Program-made: the position numbers and the translations under genes
In this document: one piece after another, positions 11,649 to 24,250 of the stretch
How positions within the stretch are numbered: the first letter of the stretch is position 1
How the letters are laid out: each line of letters begins with the position of its first letter
Assembly (NCBI RefSeq): GCF_001194135.2
Contig: NC_068984.1
Location: 70,715,285-70,779,284 of the forward strand
DNA: 64,000 nt
Direction of reading: 5' to 3'
Origin: Octopus bimaculoides
Taxonomy: Eukaryota
The notes under the pieces: model-generated
What the model saw: the letters and a program-made list of their open reading frames with translations, nothing else
The model's database searches: none
What the model was told of the DNA's origin: nothing

Positions 11649-12630
11649 ACTTATGTTTCACAATAATTAACTTTCATGTGGAGTGAATAAGACAATAAGC
11701 AAGATGATATACTCAGTGGCATGAAAGTATTTCGAGACATGGAAGGTATTCTGAAATATTGATGAAAAATATGCTTTAATATATTTTGACATCTCTATGT
11801 TCAAATTAATCAATTTTGCAGTAAAGTGACTGAAAAATAAAATATCAAATAGCTGATATGATATATTTTGAGTATGTGACTTTAGAAAACCCTTTATTTT
11901 ATTTATTATTTATTTTAATTTTTTTTTTATTATTGTACATATAAATGGAATTATGAAAAAAGTAAAAAAGTAAAAGAAGCACTCCTCGATTTAAAATACA
12001 AAGTTGAAAAAAATCAAACACTAAATTCTCCAAATAGTATAGTTCTTACTGTATTATATAATTTTACTTTAATTTTTATTATATATATTTTTTAACTTCG
12101 TTTTTTGCATCCCCTTGTATGTGAAACATGGGAAGTACATAATACAATTTTGGAAAATAAACAAACTCATGATAATCAGAGGGAGACAGAAAGTGTGAAA
12201 GAAAAAGAAAGAGAGAGGGAGAGAGAAGGAGTTAGACAGAGACACAGACAGAGAAATATAATATAAAATAAAATTGGTATTAAATATAAAAAGATGATTA
12301 AAGAAATAAGTATCAAATGTTTACCAATATCAACTTATAACTTGCTGTTCTGTACAAGGAAGCACCTGAAAGAAAAAATTTAAAAAAATATAATAATAAA
12401 AATAACTAAATAAAATTGTCAGATCAATTAAGATATCACTCTAATAGTTCATCCATCTATATTCTGTGGTCATTTGATTTGTTTTTATTAGTACATCAAA
12501 TTTTTCTTATTAATATTTAGTTTATTTGTTAATTTGCATTTTTTAAAAAGTATTTTATATATATAAGTCTCTATTTTAGCTAAATAAATCAATATGTTTT
12601 GTGTGTGTGTGTATGTATGTGTATGTGCAT

Positions 12631-12669
<39 letters not shown>

Positions 12670-13921
12670 AGTGTGTTTCTTCATAATTGTAAATACAAAC
12701 AAGTTTTGTTTTGTTTATATTATGCAAAAATTTGAACAGTCACAGAGCATGCGAACACAGCGATACACGTGTACACACACACATACACACATGCACATGC
12801 ATCACACATCAGAGTATAATGAAAAGGATAAAATATTGTAACTTAGAAACATGATACGAAATAATTCATATTTGATAAAAATTACCATTTGCAGTTGTAC
12901 AAGTAGGAAAGCTTCTCATAAACCTACGCGTGTTACATAATTGAAAATGATACTAAATGAGGATATGAAATACAACAAAATAACTAAATAAAATAAAAGA
13001 AAGACAAGAAAAACTTTTTTAAAAATGTATGTATATCAAATAAAAATAAACAAAATTTTCAACTATGAAACTATATTTTGCTGGAAGCAAATTAAAATTT
13101 CTCACAAAATATAAATGATTGCATGATGTTAGATACAAACATCAAAGGTGTTGGTTTCTGTGAATAGTTATATTGAGAAGTTTTTGTTCATTTTTTTTTT
13201 CTATTTTTGCTAGTAAATGTAGCCCAAACAACACAAAATTTATATATATATGTATATATATATATGTTTATATATGTATATATAAATATACATTACAAAT
13301 ATATATGCACACACACACATGTACATACACATACATATATATAAACACATACTGTATAAAATTATTCTAAAAAAGAAATGTAATAATGTTAAATATTTAA
13401 ATTGAAAATTCTCCTGAAATAAACATGTTCAAGCAGAGAACACTGTTTGTGAACAAGCGTTTTCCTTTTTGGAATGAAATTTTGTGAAATGTTTTATATC
13501 AGTTATAGAGAAAAGTTTATATACAAATATATATACATATAAAGACTCACATATACTACACATACAGACAAAACCCGTATGCTTAGTGTCTAGTTATACT
13601 TTTTTGTTTACTAATACATGTTATCAAATAGATATAAATAAATAATATTAGTTAAGGATACATTTATTCCTAAAGTCTGCTCCCACCGAGAAACTTAGAG
13701 TAGTAAGTACATTCCAGAGATTTCTCAAATTAGAACATATGTATTTTAATTTAATTAAATTAGCATTCAGTATTTTATTCTCTGTAGCAGCCATTTATGT
13801 TAACTTATAGAGTTGAGGGGGCTAGTATAATTGTTCTAATAAAGCAATTATAACATACTGTGAAAATCAGGAATCAAGAAAAACAATTGATAATAGAAAA
13901 AAAATTCATTGTTTCTAATTT

Positions 13922-14060
13922 AGACACAAGGCCAGCAATTTTATAGACTGTGGATTAGTTGATACCACCAACCCCTGTACTTGATTGGAACTTAATTTTT
14001 TTACCTGGAAGGATGAAAGACAGAGTTGTTCTTGGCTGGATTTGAATTCAGAAAGTCAGA
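13922..14060 (-). mobile_element. Decayed SINE copy
   Basis: gacacaaggccagcaattt..ggatgaaagacagagttgttcttggctggatttgaattcagaa matches the family core. Confidence 0.7.
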
Positions 14061-14289
14061 ATATATTGAAAAGAGACAATAAAATATGATGCATATCAAA
14101 CAGAAGACTCACAAATAAGTGGGTAGGACAAACAAGTTACATGAAGGCAAGTGAAGGAGTGAAGATGCTATACAAAAATATATGGGGATGAGCACAAAAA
14201 TGTACAGAATAATATATAAATAATCACATGGAATAAATAAATACAATATAACACTCAATAATTAAAGAAAAAAGGTATTTTATACAATA

Positions 14290-15050
14290 TTTAGAAGCCC
14301 TTTTGCATTTGTTCAGGGCTCTCTACTGTCATCATTATTTATCTTTTCATCAAAGATTTTTCATATCTTCCTTGTATGAAATGAACTTATAGTATATAGT
14401 GCTCAGGTGCACTACTACTATTGTTTAACACTGTGATTTCAGAATTCCCTGTAAAGACCTCCTTGATCAGAGTGAGTGAAAAAGGACCCATATCTTGTGA
14501 ACAGTTGATGTGCAGATCACTGAATATATCCAGAAAAGTTTTATTAACATGCTATCATTTTATGTATTTTAAGTTTGGTACCATCACCTGCCCTTTCACT
14601 TCTTCGCCTGGTGCACTCTCATGTACATCATATAAGTTTTCTTTGGAATGATAATTGAAAAGTTTCATTCTCCCTTTAGGTGGATTTCTTTTCACAAGAG
14701 GTAGAGATGAGTTTTTTTTTTTCATAGATAAACTCTTCCTCATGTCATATTTTTAAAATTCATTTTCATTTTACCTTGATGTCAGTTTTCAGAAATTTCT
14801 TCTAGCCTTCTTTGGTCTCAGTCTAGTTGTCATTCTCATAACTGAATATAATGGTACTGCTGTGAGAAAAGATTTGTGAGGGAGAGTCTTGCCCAGTATG
14901 TCTTAATGGTATAATGTAGCCTCAGAACTTGAAATCTCCATCATTATCAATACTGTTGATGGATTTTGTTATTTTAAACCTCCTTGGTAGAAACCATTTC
15001 AATATATTTTACATCGACATATGCTGCAGCTGGGATTTCTGTAAAGAACT
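14290..15050 (-). other. Coding-like decayed segment of uncertain origin (possible retroelement remnant)
   Basis: One minus frame runs about 120 codons with only two adjacent stops. It has only faint RT/integrase-like motifs (AAYVD; LTLIKEVFT). Confidence 0.25.
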
Positions 15051-15086
15051 TTATAATAATAATAACAATAATGATGATGATTATTA

Positions 15087-15118
<32 letters not shown>

Positions 15119-15712
15119 TTATGTTTGACTTTTGTTTTGCATTTGTACAAGTTGGATCCAAGTCTCACCCAGAGACCTCAAGAGACAACAAGTTAGAAGT
15201 TCATGTAGGTGTTATGCCTAGGGTACCATATATTTGGATTTGTACAGTTTTGTTCAAGTGAATGTTTAAGAAACCATAAGAAAATTATGTGTTTGCTTTA
15301 AAATTTGAGATCACATAGACAGTATTTTACGTAGNNNNNNNNNNNNNNNNNNNNNNNNNNNNNNNNNNNNNNNNNNNNNNNNNNNNNNNNNNNNNNNNNN
15401 NNNNNNNNNNNNNNNNNNNNNNNNNNNNNNNNNNNNNNNNNNNNNNATGATGCAATTTGTAATAAATAGAGATTAACTGTTTATTGAATTGAACAAATTG
15501 AACAATAATATTTTGACAGATTGTCTGGCTTTCCCAGGTTCAAAATGTAAAATGAAGAAAGATGCAGATATACAGAAATTAAAAATATGAACAGGAATAT
15601 CCTGCATTTTTTTTAGACAATTTAATAGAGTCAATCTCTGTTAATTACAAATTGCATTGCACTCTTCATATTGTTTATTTACCTTTGTGAATTATTATTA
15701 TTATTATTGTTA

Positions 15713-15756
<44 letters not shown>

Positions 15757-15814
15757 ATTATTATTATTGTTATTGTTGTTGTTGTTGCTGTTGTTGTTAT
15801 CATTAATGATGATG

Positions 15815-15860
<46 letters not shown>

Positions 15861-15879
15861 TAATAATGATAACCCTTTC

Positions 15880-16676
15880 TCCAATAGGCCCAAGGCCTGA
15901 AATTGTAAGGGAGTTGGCTAATCGATTACATTGCCCCCAGTGCATAACTGGTACTCACTTTATCGAACTTGAAAGGATGAAAGGCAAAGTCAACCTCAGC
16001 GGAATTTGGGGTCAAGATTTGCGACGGGTGAAATATCACTAAGCATTTTGTCCAGCGTGTTAACGATCCTGCCAGCTAATAATGATAAAAACAATAAGTC
16101 TTATTATATTATAGGCTGAAGGTCTGAAATTTTGGGTTGTGGAGTTAGTCAATTAAATCAACCCCAGTGGAATTTGAACTCTGAAGATAAAGACAAATGG
16201 AATGCTGTGAACCATTTAGCCTGGCACACTAACAATTCTGCCAAGTTTCTGCTTTAATAATAATAAGAACAACAGCAACAATCATTTCTATTATAGGCAC
16301 AAGGATACAACAACAACAACAATAATAATAATAGTCCTTTCTACTACAGGCACAAGGCCTGGAATTTGAGGGGAAGTGGATAGTCAATTACATTGATCCC
16401 CAGTGCTCAACTGGTGCTTATATTATTGGCCATGAAGGGATTAAAGGCAAAGTTACTCTCGGCAGAAGTTGAACTCAGAATGTAAAGACAGACAAAATGC
16501 CACTAAGCATTTTGCCCAGCATGCAATGATTCTGCCAGCTCACCACCTTAATAATGCTGCTACTGCTGCTGCTGCTGCTGCTACTACTACTACTACTACT
16601 ACTACTACTAATAATAATAATAATAATAATAATGATAATAATAATAATAATAATAATGATAATAATAATAATAATG

Positions 16677-16725
<49 letters not shown>

Positions 16726-17110
16726 TAACAATAATAATAATAATGCTTCTGGTTTTAGTACAGCCAACAATTTTGAGGTAAAAATTTCAGTTAATACCAT
16801 CAAAGCCAGTACTTGATCAGTGCTTTATTTTACATATCCTTGAAGAATGACAAAATAATTTTGATAGAATTTGAAATTAGAACATAAGTCAGGAGAAATA
16901 CAACCAGGCATTTCGACTCACACACAAAGGATTGAAAACTAATACCTTATAGTATTTCCTCTGACTCTTTACATTCTCAGTTCAAATACTGCCAAGGTCT
17001 ATTTTGCCTTTAACCACTTTAAGCTAATAAATAATGTACACTTAAAACATTGGGCTTGATCATATTGATCAACCACCTACCCTCAAATTAGAAGGTCTTG
17101 TGTCTAAATT
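15880..17110. mobile_element. Cluster of about five SINE copies (four minus, one plus) interleaved with (AAT)n/(CTA)n tracts
   Basis: The family core recurs at about 15880-16075, 16110-16250, 16335-16550 and 16750-16910 (minus) and 16960-17110 (plus). Confidence 0.8.
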
Positions 17111-17116
17111 AGTAAA

Positions 17117-17147
<31 letters not shown>

Positions 17148-18130
17148 TATTGAGTGAGAAAGCAGTGCATGCATGCCATCAAAGTGACATTGGGGTAAAA
17201 TATACAAAACCCAGTACACCCATCATGACTACCCATATGATAAGGGTACACCAGGTACATGCATCACAACCATATGTGCATGACACGGTGATCTCATATT
17301 AAGATAGGCAGTGCATGATCTTGCAGGTGGGACCCAGTTAGAATTTTCGGCAGGTCAAGTAACCCATTCCACTAAAAAGGTGAATTATGCAAACCCCAAA
17401 GAATTCTTTTCAACGCATGGCTACGATGCACCCCTCTACTTTGTCTGGTACAGCATCAGGGCATTTATTATTATTATTATTATCATCATCATCATCACTA
17501 TTATTATTGTTGTTGTTCTTGTTGTTGGTGTTATTATTATTATTGTTATTATTATTATCATTATTACTATTATTATTATTATTATTGAGTGGGAGAGCAG
17601 TGCATGCCATCAAAGTGACACTGGGATAAAATATATGAAGCACAGTATACCCATCATGACTACCCGTCTGATAAGGGTACACCAGGCACATGCATCACAA
17701 CCATATGTGAGCGACATGGTGATCTCATATTAAGATTAACAGTGCATGACCTTGCAGGTGGGACTCAGTTAGAATTTTCTCCAAGTCGAGTAGCCCATCC
17801 CACTCAAAAGATCCCTGAATAAGGGTTGTTTAAGGATGTTGAACAAAATACCCATGTTTCTAAAGGTAAATTATCCAAACTCCAAAGAATTCCTTTCATA
17901 CTAGTCCTCTATTTCTGCTCGTGATCAGTGATGCATATATCGTCAGCCACTAAAGGACATGCTCAACTGGTTGTGGCCAAACAACTGACAAGCAAATCTG
18001 TGGAATTGTGCAGATTATTTGACGTAGCCCATCTTTTATACCAAGACAAAACAATGTGCATGATAACACTTCCAATAAGTTAAGATCAGAAGATATGAGG
18101 GCAACTGCCTGGTACTGCATCAGGGCATTT
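17148..18130 (-). mobile_element. Two tandem copies of a roughly 550-bp interspersed repeat with (AAT)n tails; the first copy is internally deleted
   Basis: 17148-17465 and 17583-18130 share gcagtgcatgccatcaaagtgaca..ccatcatgactaccc..gataagggtacaccagg..ctggtac(a/t)gcatcagggcattta. Confidence 0.85.
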
Positions 18131-18157
18131 ATCACCATTCTTCTTCTTCTTCTTCTT

Positions 18158-18293
<136 letters not shown>

Positions 18294-18302
18294 CCATCAT
18301 TA

Positions 18303-18663
18303 TTATAACCTCCACCTTAGCGAATGCAGAGGTATTGTTTGCACTTGCGCTTGTTTCTTTGTCCATGGACAAGATATCTCAAAAAGGATGGATTAGAATG
18401 AAACTTTCAAAGTTGCTTCGCCTCGTGACTGGCACAAACTGCTTAGATTTTGGGATCGATCTGGTACCGGAAAAGGATTCTGAATTATTTTTCCTCTCTT
18501 TTTACTTAAATTTTGAAAGCGGTCTTGTTCCTTTTTAGTATTCTCATTTGTGGGAGAAGTCTAGTTTATTTCAGACATTCTCATTTTAAAAATCATCACT
18601 GGCTACTCGTTGAGAGGACGTTGGGGTTTCCTTGGCAGTGGTTTGTGCTCTCTGAGTGCTCTT
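18303..18663 (+). mobile_element. Helentron-associated non-autonomous element (HINE/DINE-1-like)
   Basis: It has a 5' acctccacc and a degenerate inverted subterminal copy ggcagtggt. The 3' end carries a short hairpin (gtgctctctgagtgc), and both flanks are TT-rich. This layout is typical of HINEs; the assignment is inferred. Confidence 0.5.
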
Positions 18664-18689
18664 GTTATTATTATTATCATTATTATTAT

Positions 18690-18945
18690 TTTGGTTTGGC
18701 TCAGGTTTGGTTTTATTTCTGGTAAGATTTATGTGGGTAGTAGGTTACTACCAGTAAACTTAGCTATCTATAAGTTTTCAGCAGGCTTTCAAGTGCTTAG
18801 AACCCTCCTGATAATTTTGTTATCCTTATGAGACAAACATTTTGTAGGAGCTCTACTGGGCATTCTGTTTCAATCTCCTTCAATCATTTGTCTATATCTT
18901 TGCTTACTGTCCCCAGTGCACCAATTATTATAGGTATATTTCAAA
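18690..18945 (-). mobile_element. R4/Dong-like LINE extreme 3' fragment
   Basis: Minus translation gives IPIIIGALGTVSKDIDK*LKEIETECPVELLQNVCL. Confidence 0.8.
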
Positions 18946-18982
18946 TTTTATCATTCTTCTTCTTCTTCTTCTTCTTCTTCTT

Positions 18983-19054
<72 letters not shown>

Positions 19055-19099
19055 ATCATAGTTATTGTTGTTGTTGTTGTTGTTATTGTTGTTGTTGTT

Positions 19100-19290
19100 A
19101 ATGCAGTGAGCTGGCAGATTCATTAGCACTCCAGGAAAAATGTGTAGTGATATTTTGTTCGTCTGTACATTCTGAGTTCAAATTCCACCAAGGTGGACTT
19201 TGCTTTTTGTCCTTTTGGTTGATAAAATAAGTAACAGTGGGGTACTGGGGCCGATGTAATTTCAGGTCTTTTGCCTACAGTAGAAAGGAA
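19100..19290 (+). mobile_element. SINE copy
   Basis: gtgagctggcagattcattagc..cattctgagttcaaattccaccaaggtggactttgc. Confidence 0.8.
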
Positions 19291-19324
19291 TAATATTATT
19301 ATTAATGATAATATTATTATCTTC

Positions 19325-19803
19325 ATATACACTCAACAGATTAAACTGTTGGAAAAGAAAAGAATCCTAACATCAGACTACAAAAAGTTGCCTTAGATGC
19401 CAAGAACCCTCCTATTGGGTTACAGCAAGTAAACTTAGATGCCAAGAATCATCTGAAGTATCTTGGCCATCTCTGTTTTCTAGAGCTGTACTAAACTGGG
19501 TTTTCTGCCTATTTCCTCTATCTGTCTGCTCAGATCTTTAGGGATAGTTCCCAATGAACCTATAACTACTGGGATATATTTTACCCATACATTCCATAGT
19601 CTCTGTAATTCAATAGCTAGGTCCTGATACTTTGCTATTTTTCGTATACTTCTCATATTAATTTTTTCATCATTTGGGACTGTAAAGTCAATTATCTGGC
19701 ACTTTCTACTCTCTTTATTTACTGCTACCAAATCAGGCTGTCTAGCTTCTATTACTTTGTCAGTCTGAATGTGAAAGTCCCACAGCGTCTCTCTGGAAAT
19801 CAA
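19325..19803 (-). mobile_element. R4/Dong-like LINE RLE domain fragment
   Basis: ORF 19480-19803 reads LWDFHIQTDKVIEARQPDLV..IIDFTVPND..KIAKYQDLAIELQRLW..PVVIGSLG. Confidence 0.9.
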
Positions 19804-21175
19804 AGAGAAAGAAGATAATTATGGACAACTGCTTCAAAAACTCCAGCTTTCATATCCAGGCTACAGATTTACATTTATACCAACAAAAACTGATGCACTT
19901 AGTTTTGTGAATAACTGATAGCCTGGATAAGTTTGGATTTTCAGAAAAAAAAAAAACATCCAACTAACATGCACATTACAAATACAATCTTTAAGTGGAT
20001 CAGTAAAAATATGCAAGACTTTTCTCAAGTTTAAAATTTTACATTATTTTTATGTACATTCCAATGATGAAGCTTTTGATTTTGTTAGAAATAGCTCCTT
20101 CCTCAGAGGAAGAATTTGAATAGCTGAAAACAGAATAGAACACATACACAAACACATGTGTGCACACGTGCACACGTGTGCATGTATGTGTGTGTGTGTA
20201 TGTGTGTGCCTGTGCGTGTGTGTGTGCGTGTGTGTGTGTGTGCACGCATGCACACATAATGTATATGTATGACAGTTGTACCCCCATATCTCATATGGAC
20301 ACAGTTCATTGACAGAAGAAACCAGTTAAGAGTAATACACATGAGTTTGTGCATATGTGTGTGTGTTTTTGTGAATTTCTAAGTGTAAATTTGTTTCTGT
20401 GAACTGTGTGAAATGATGTATGAGAATGCACATGTATGCTACACTCATTTCATACATTCTAATTATATTAATTGAAATGTCTATACTTCTCTGGAGAAAA
20501 TAGCTATTGTTGTAGCTCTATAAAACTAAAACTCTAAATGCTTTTATAATTCATTTAATTTTCTTTTTTAAGGTAGTAAGTATGAATATGTGAAAGAAGC
20601 AATTTATTAAAAGAGTTACTTGGGAGATAAAATGACCCACAGCTATTTTACACAATTTTCCAGTAATATTAACTCATTTTCTGGAAATGTAATATTGTTA
20701 ACAATGATGTAATTTCTAATATAAACACATTTAATTGAGAGATTACATCTTACAGCTGACAGGAACTATTACAATTTGTTTCAGGTATATCTTAAAAGCT
20801 TTTGCATCATATGTTTACAGTTCCAGTGAAGAAATGAGTTCTTATTGTTTGGTGTTGATAATGCAAGAATAGATTGCATTTCTACATGAAGCATTTATAA
20901 TTGCATTCAAGGCTGACCACTGGAATTTGCAGTAACTTTGATAGAAGATAACTGTACATGCTGAACATGATTAAAGGAAATCTAAATAATCCTAAAATGA
21001 TATAATCATGCTTAATAAATGTGCTTCAGAATGGCCTGCTTGTAACTTTTCCTTTTGCAAGATAAGGAATTGAAAAAAGCTTTAATGACATCAATAATGT
21101 AGTTCTATATTTAAGAGATGAGGAATTATGTACATTATTTACATTTGACAGATATTTGTCCTCATCTTTGTTGTT

Positions 21176-21221
21176 AACACAACGTTTTGGCTGATATACC
21201 CTCCAGCCTTCATCAGGTGTC
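21176..21221 (-). ncRNA. Minimal type I hammerhead motif, G12>A defective
   Basis: GACAC-CUGAUGA-A-GGCUG(GAGGGUAUAU)CAGCC-AAAA-CGUU-GUGUU. The palindrome AACGUU serves as stem III. Confidence 0.65.
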
Positions 21222-21850
21222 TTGGGGAAATTTCGAATCTCGGTTCTTATTCCCATTGTTGTTATTATTATTATTATTGAGGCCACTGCCTGGAATCGAA
21301 TTCGGAATCTTGGGTTTAGTAGCCACGTTCTTAACCAATATGCCATATACCCATGGGTAATTATGGAGTGAAATTTAGGGCTTATAAATTTAATATTTTA
21401 ATATTTTTCCTTAATACCAGTTCCCGTATGCTATTCATATCTGCACTCGGTCTGCTTAGGAAGTTGTTGTGTCCTAGCATATGTGCTGCTTCTTTCAGTT
21501 TTCGTATTTTCCATTGGTGTTCTCTGTCTATTATTTTACCTTCATCCCACAGGGAGAGGTGGTCTCCATTTTTCCATACATGATCAGCTATACTCAATTT
21601 ATCAATATCTCCTCATGTCACAACTTTGTGATTTTCCTCTACCCTTACTTTGATGGGGTGGCATTTTTTGCATTTGTATAACCTACCACAGCTGCATGGG
21701 ATGGAGTGCATGCAGTTTTTGGTCATATTCTCTTCTATTGGTGATTTTACCCAAAGGAGATATTTGCGAAGTGTTGTATTACTCTTGAATACTGTCCTGA
21801 TGTAATATGGGCTGCATATCCTTTGTATCTTTTCAGAGATACAAATAATA

Positions 21851-21938
<88 letters not shown>

Positions 21939-21999
21939 TAATAATAATAACATCGAAAAATACCTTTGGAATGAGAACCCAGGTTCAAAATTTCCCCAA

Positions 22000-22042
22000 G
22001 ACACCTGATGAAGGCTAGAAGGTATATCAGCTGAAATGTGTT
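22000..22042 (+). ncRNA. Minimal type I hammerhead motif, cleavage site deleted
   Basis: gacac-ctgatga-a-ggctagaaggtatatcagct-gaaa-t-gtgtt. It lacks the cgt present in the paralogous copy. Confidence 0.55.
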
Positions 22043-22749
22043 AACAACAACAAGATGAGGACAAATATCCATCAAATGTAAATAATATAAATCATGTAAA
22101 TAATGGACATCAATAATGTTTTCCATGGACATTGCAAAGAAGTATGAAGTAGGAAATGTCTGTGTTATTTCTTTAAGGATTTTCAAAAATTATTGTGATT
22201 CTTACATTAAAGAATTCTGCAACTTCTATATCAAAATCAATTCATCCAAATTAAGAGGAATGAAAAATCTTGGCAAAAGTAACATTCAATTATTATTTTT
22301 ATAGTGAGTAATGATTTTAGTGAAATAATCACATCACAAAATTGATACCAGATTGTATTTCTATATTGGACAGTAAACCTAGCCCTCTCACTTTGAATGC
22401 TTATAACAAACAGCATTCTGTTGTGAATAGCCTAAGCAGGACTCTGATCTGGTGTTAAATCCATGATTTTAAGCAAAGCAAAAACCAATATGGAGCAATT
22501 TCTTTTTTGTTTCTTATAAATAGTCTTGGAAAACTATGAATGATCCTAGGCATTGACCTTCCAGCACTGACTAAACCAAATGAGAAAGCATGTTGGTCCG
22601 TTTTGCTGAGATCATTCCAATGCAAATTATAACAATAATATTGTTTCCTTTTGAATGGATACAAAGATTTTACATACTGGAGGAAATAGAATGTGAACTT
22701 TCAACACTCATATCCAAAGACAATTAACCATGTAAATGGAACCAAATTG

Positions 22750-23603
22750 CAAGATGATATCTAAAGGATCTGGACTAGTTATGTTTAATTAAAAATAACT
22801 TATTTACCTAAGATTTAACATCCTCTCCTTTGAAAAAGTCACCTTGCACAGCAATAGACTGGTCCCAGTGTTGCTGCCACTTTTGGAATCCTGCCTGGAA
22901 GTCGTTTTCCATAAGTGAGTCAAGGATCTTGTGCAATTCACTCTGAATCTTGACAATGATGTTAAAATGGTGCTAAATGAGATTAATAGGGTGGGTGCAG
23001 AAATGATGATGTTGTTTTTTGGCAAGAAACTCATGAGTAAGGAGAGGTTGATGGCTTGATGACAGTGCATTGTCATGAAGAATCTAATTCTTCGTGCTCC
23101 ACAGATCTGGTTGCTTTTGCAGAATGACCTCCCACAAGTACTTCAAAACGTCACAGTAGGACTCTCGATTGACAGTCTGTCCCTGGGGAATGAATTCCCA
23201 ATATCACATCTCCAGGGGTGATGCTTGTTGCAAGTTTTTCAGATTGTTCATCACCTTGCAGGGATGTTCTTCCACTTCTGAAGTGCCTGTACCACTCAAA
23301 ACATTGTGTACAACCCATTGCCTTGTCGCTGTAAGCTTGCAAAAGCATGCTCAATGACTCTGTAGCAGATTTCCCAAGATTAAAGCAAAATTTGAAGTTT
23401 ATGCTTTGTTCCTGTCCATGACAAAATCACAGGCACATGATCATGCACATGATCACAAAAACACAAATTTCATAACTTGTGAAGTAAACACAGCAATGTC
23501 ACACATGACACTGTCTCATGAAAGTTACTACTAAACCTCACAATACATGGAACTGTTGGTGCACTTCAGAACTAGTCTGGGAACTGTTTGATACTACCAC
23601 ATA
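22750..23603 (-). mobile_element. Internally deleted mariner transposon with degenerate TIRs
   Basis: Minus pieces read SMLLQAYSDKAMGCTQCFEWYRHFRSGRTSL, EFIPQGQTVNRESYCDVL..LHDNA and DFQAGFQKWQQHWDQSIAVQGDFFKG. The ends tatctaaaggatctggactagtt and aactagtctgggaactgtttgata are imperfect inverted repeats. Confidence 0.85.
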
Positions 23604-23689
23604 ATTTCATCTGGGTATTGAAATCACATCGGAAAACTTCAGGCCTTGTGCCTACAGAAGAAAGGATTATTATTATCATTGTTCAGTAG

Positions 23690-23750
23690 TTTTATTTTTA
23701 TAACGTGCTTTCACTTCACTACCGAGCGCAGCTCTGTGCACCTTGGGTAT
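23690..23750 (-). mobile_element. Short retroposon 3'-end fragment between (TTA)n tracts (probably R4/Dong 3' UTR)
   Basis: A GC-richer island (cactaccgagcgcagctctgtgcaccttggg) embedded in TTA repeats. The family assignment is from memory. Confidence 0.4.
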
Positions 23751-23758
23751 GTATGTAT

Positions 23759-23807
<49 letters not shown>

Positions 23808-23809
23808 CT

Positions 23810-24250
23810 TTTACTCTCATAGTGTGAAAACATCATTTTAATCAAGCATTACGAATTGAGAAATTTCCTTTTGCGCACTTGTAAACGTCATAGAGACTCA
23901 TAAACTCTTTGGACCAATCCTGCTGCTTTCTACTTACCTCATATTTTGAAATTGCATTCAAATATTTGTTTTCGTGATAGTAACATCTTTCTGTGCCTCG
24001 TCTTTAGTATAATTTTGCACTGGCTTTATCCAATGTGCTACATTATTGTTTGGCATTTTTTCACAAATTTCTTCCAAAAATAGCTTGCTTTCTTCAGCAT
24101 TTCATCACTTTTCCTTCAAGAATATCAAATAAGAATTTCTGGTTTGATTGAAAAATGTGATTTTGCTTTTATTGGTTGTTTCTTTGTGTTTTCTGATTTT
24201 GTCAGATTTTGCCTTTCCTCTTTGCTTTAGTTCTTTGGTCTTTGTCCCAA
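23810..24250 (-). mobile_element. Decayed R4/Dong-like LINE ORF fragment (upstream of RT)
   Basis: Minus pieces QNHIFQSNQKFLFDILEGK..FWKKF..AHWIK..RKAAGLVQ parallel the region before WKAP in the 36-38 kb element. Confidence 0.55.

Larger units (their letters stand above)
21030..22110 (-). mobile_element. Penelope-like element: GIY-YIG fragment with 3' pLTR and an inverted upstream pLTR copy
   Basis: Minus translation gives HSIPCSCGRLYK..PIKVRVEENHK..SIADHVWKNGDHLSLWDEGKIIDREHQWKIRKLKEAAHM. 21130-21250 and 21970-22095 are inverted copies of each other. Confidence 0.85.

Noticed and set aside
17900-17960. CTGACGA...GAAA on the minus strand of the 550-bp repeat
   Set aside because: I could not build convincing stems I-III or a cleavage triplet.
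21281-21352. Genuine tRNA gene (also 60540-60611)
   Set aside because: The acceptor and T stems pair poorly and both are embedded in repeats; they are tRNA-derived, not functional tRNAs.
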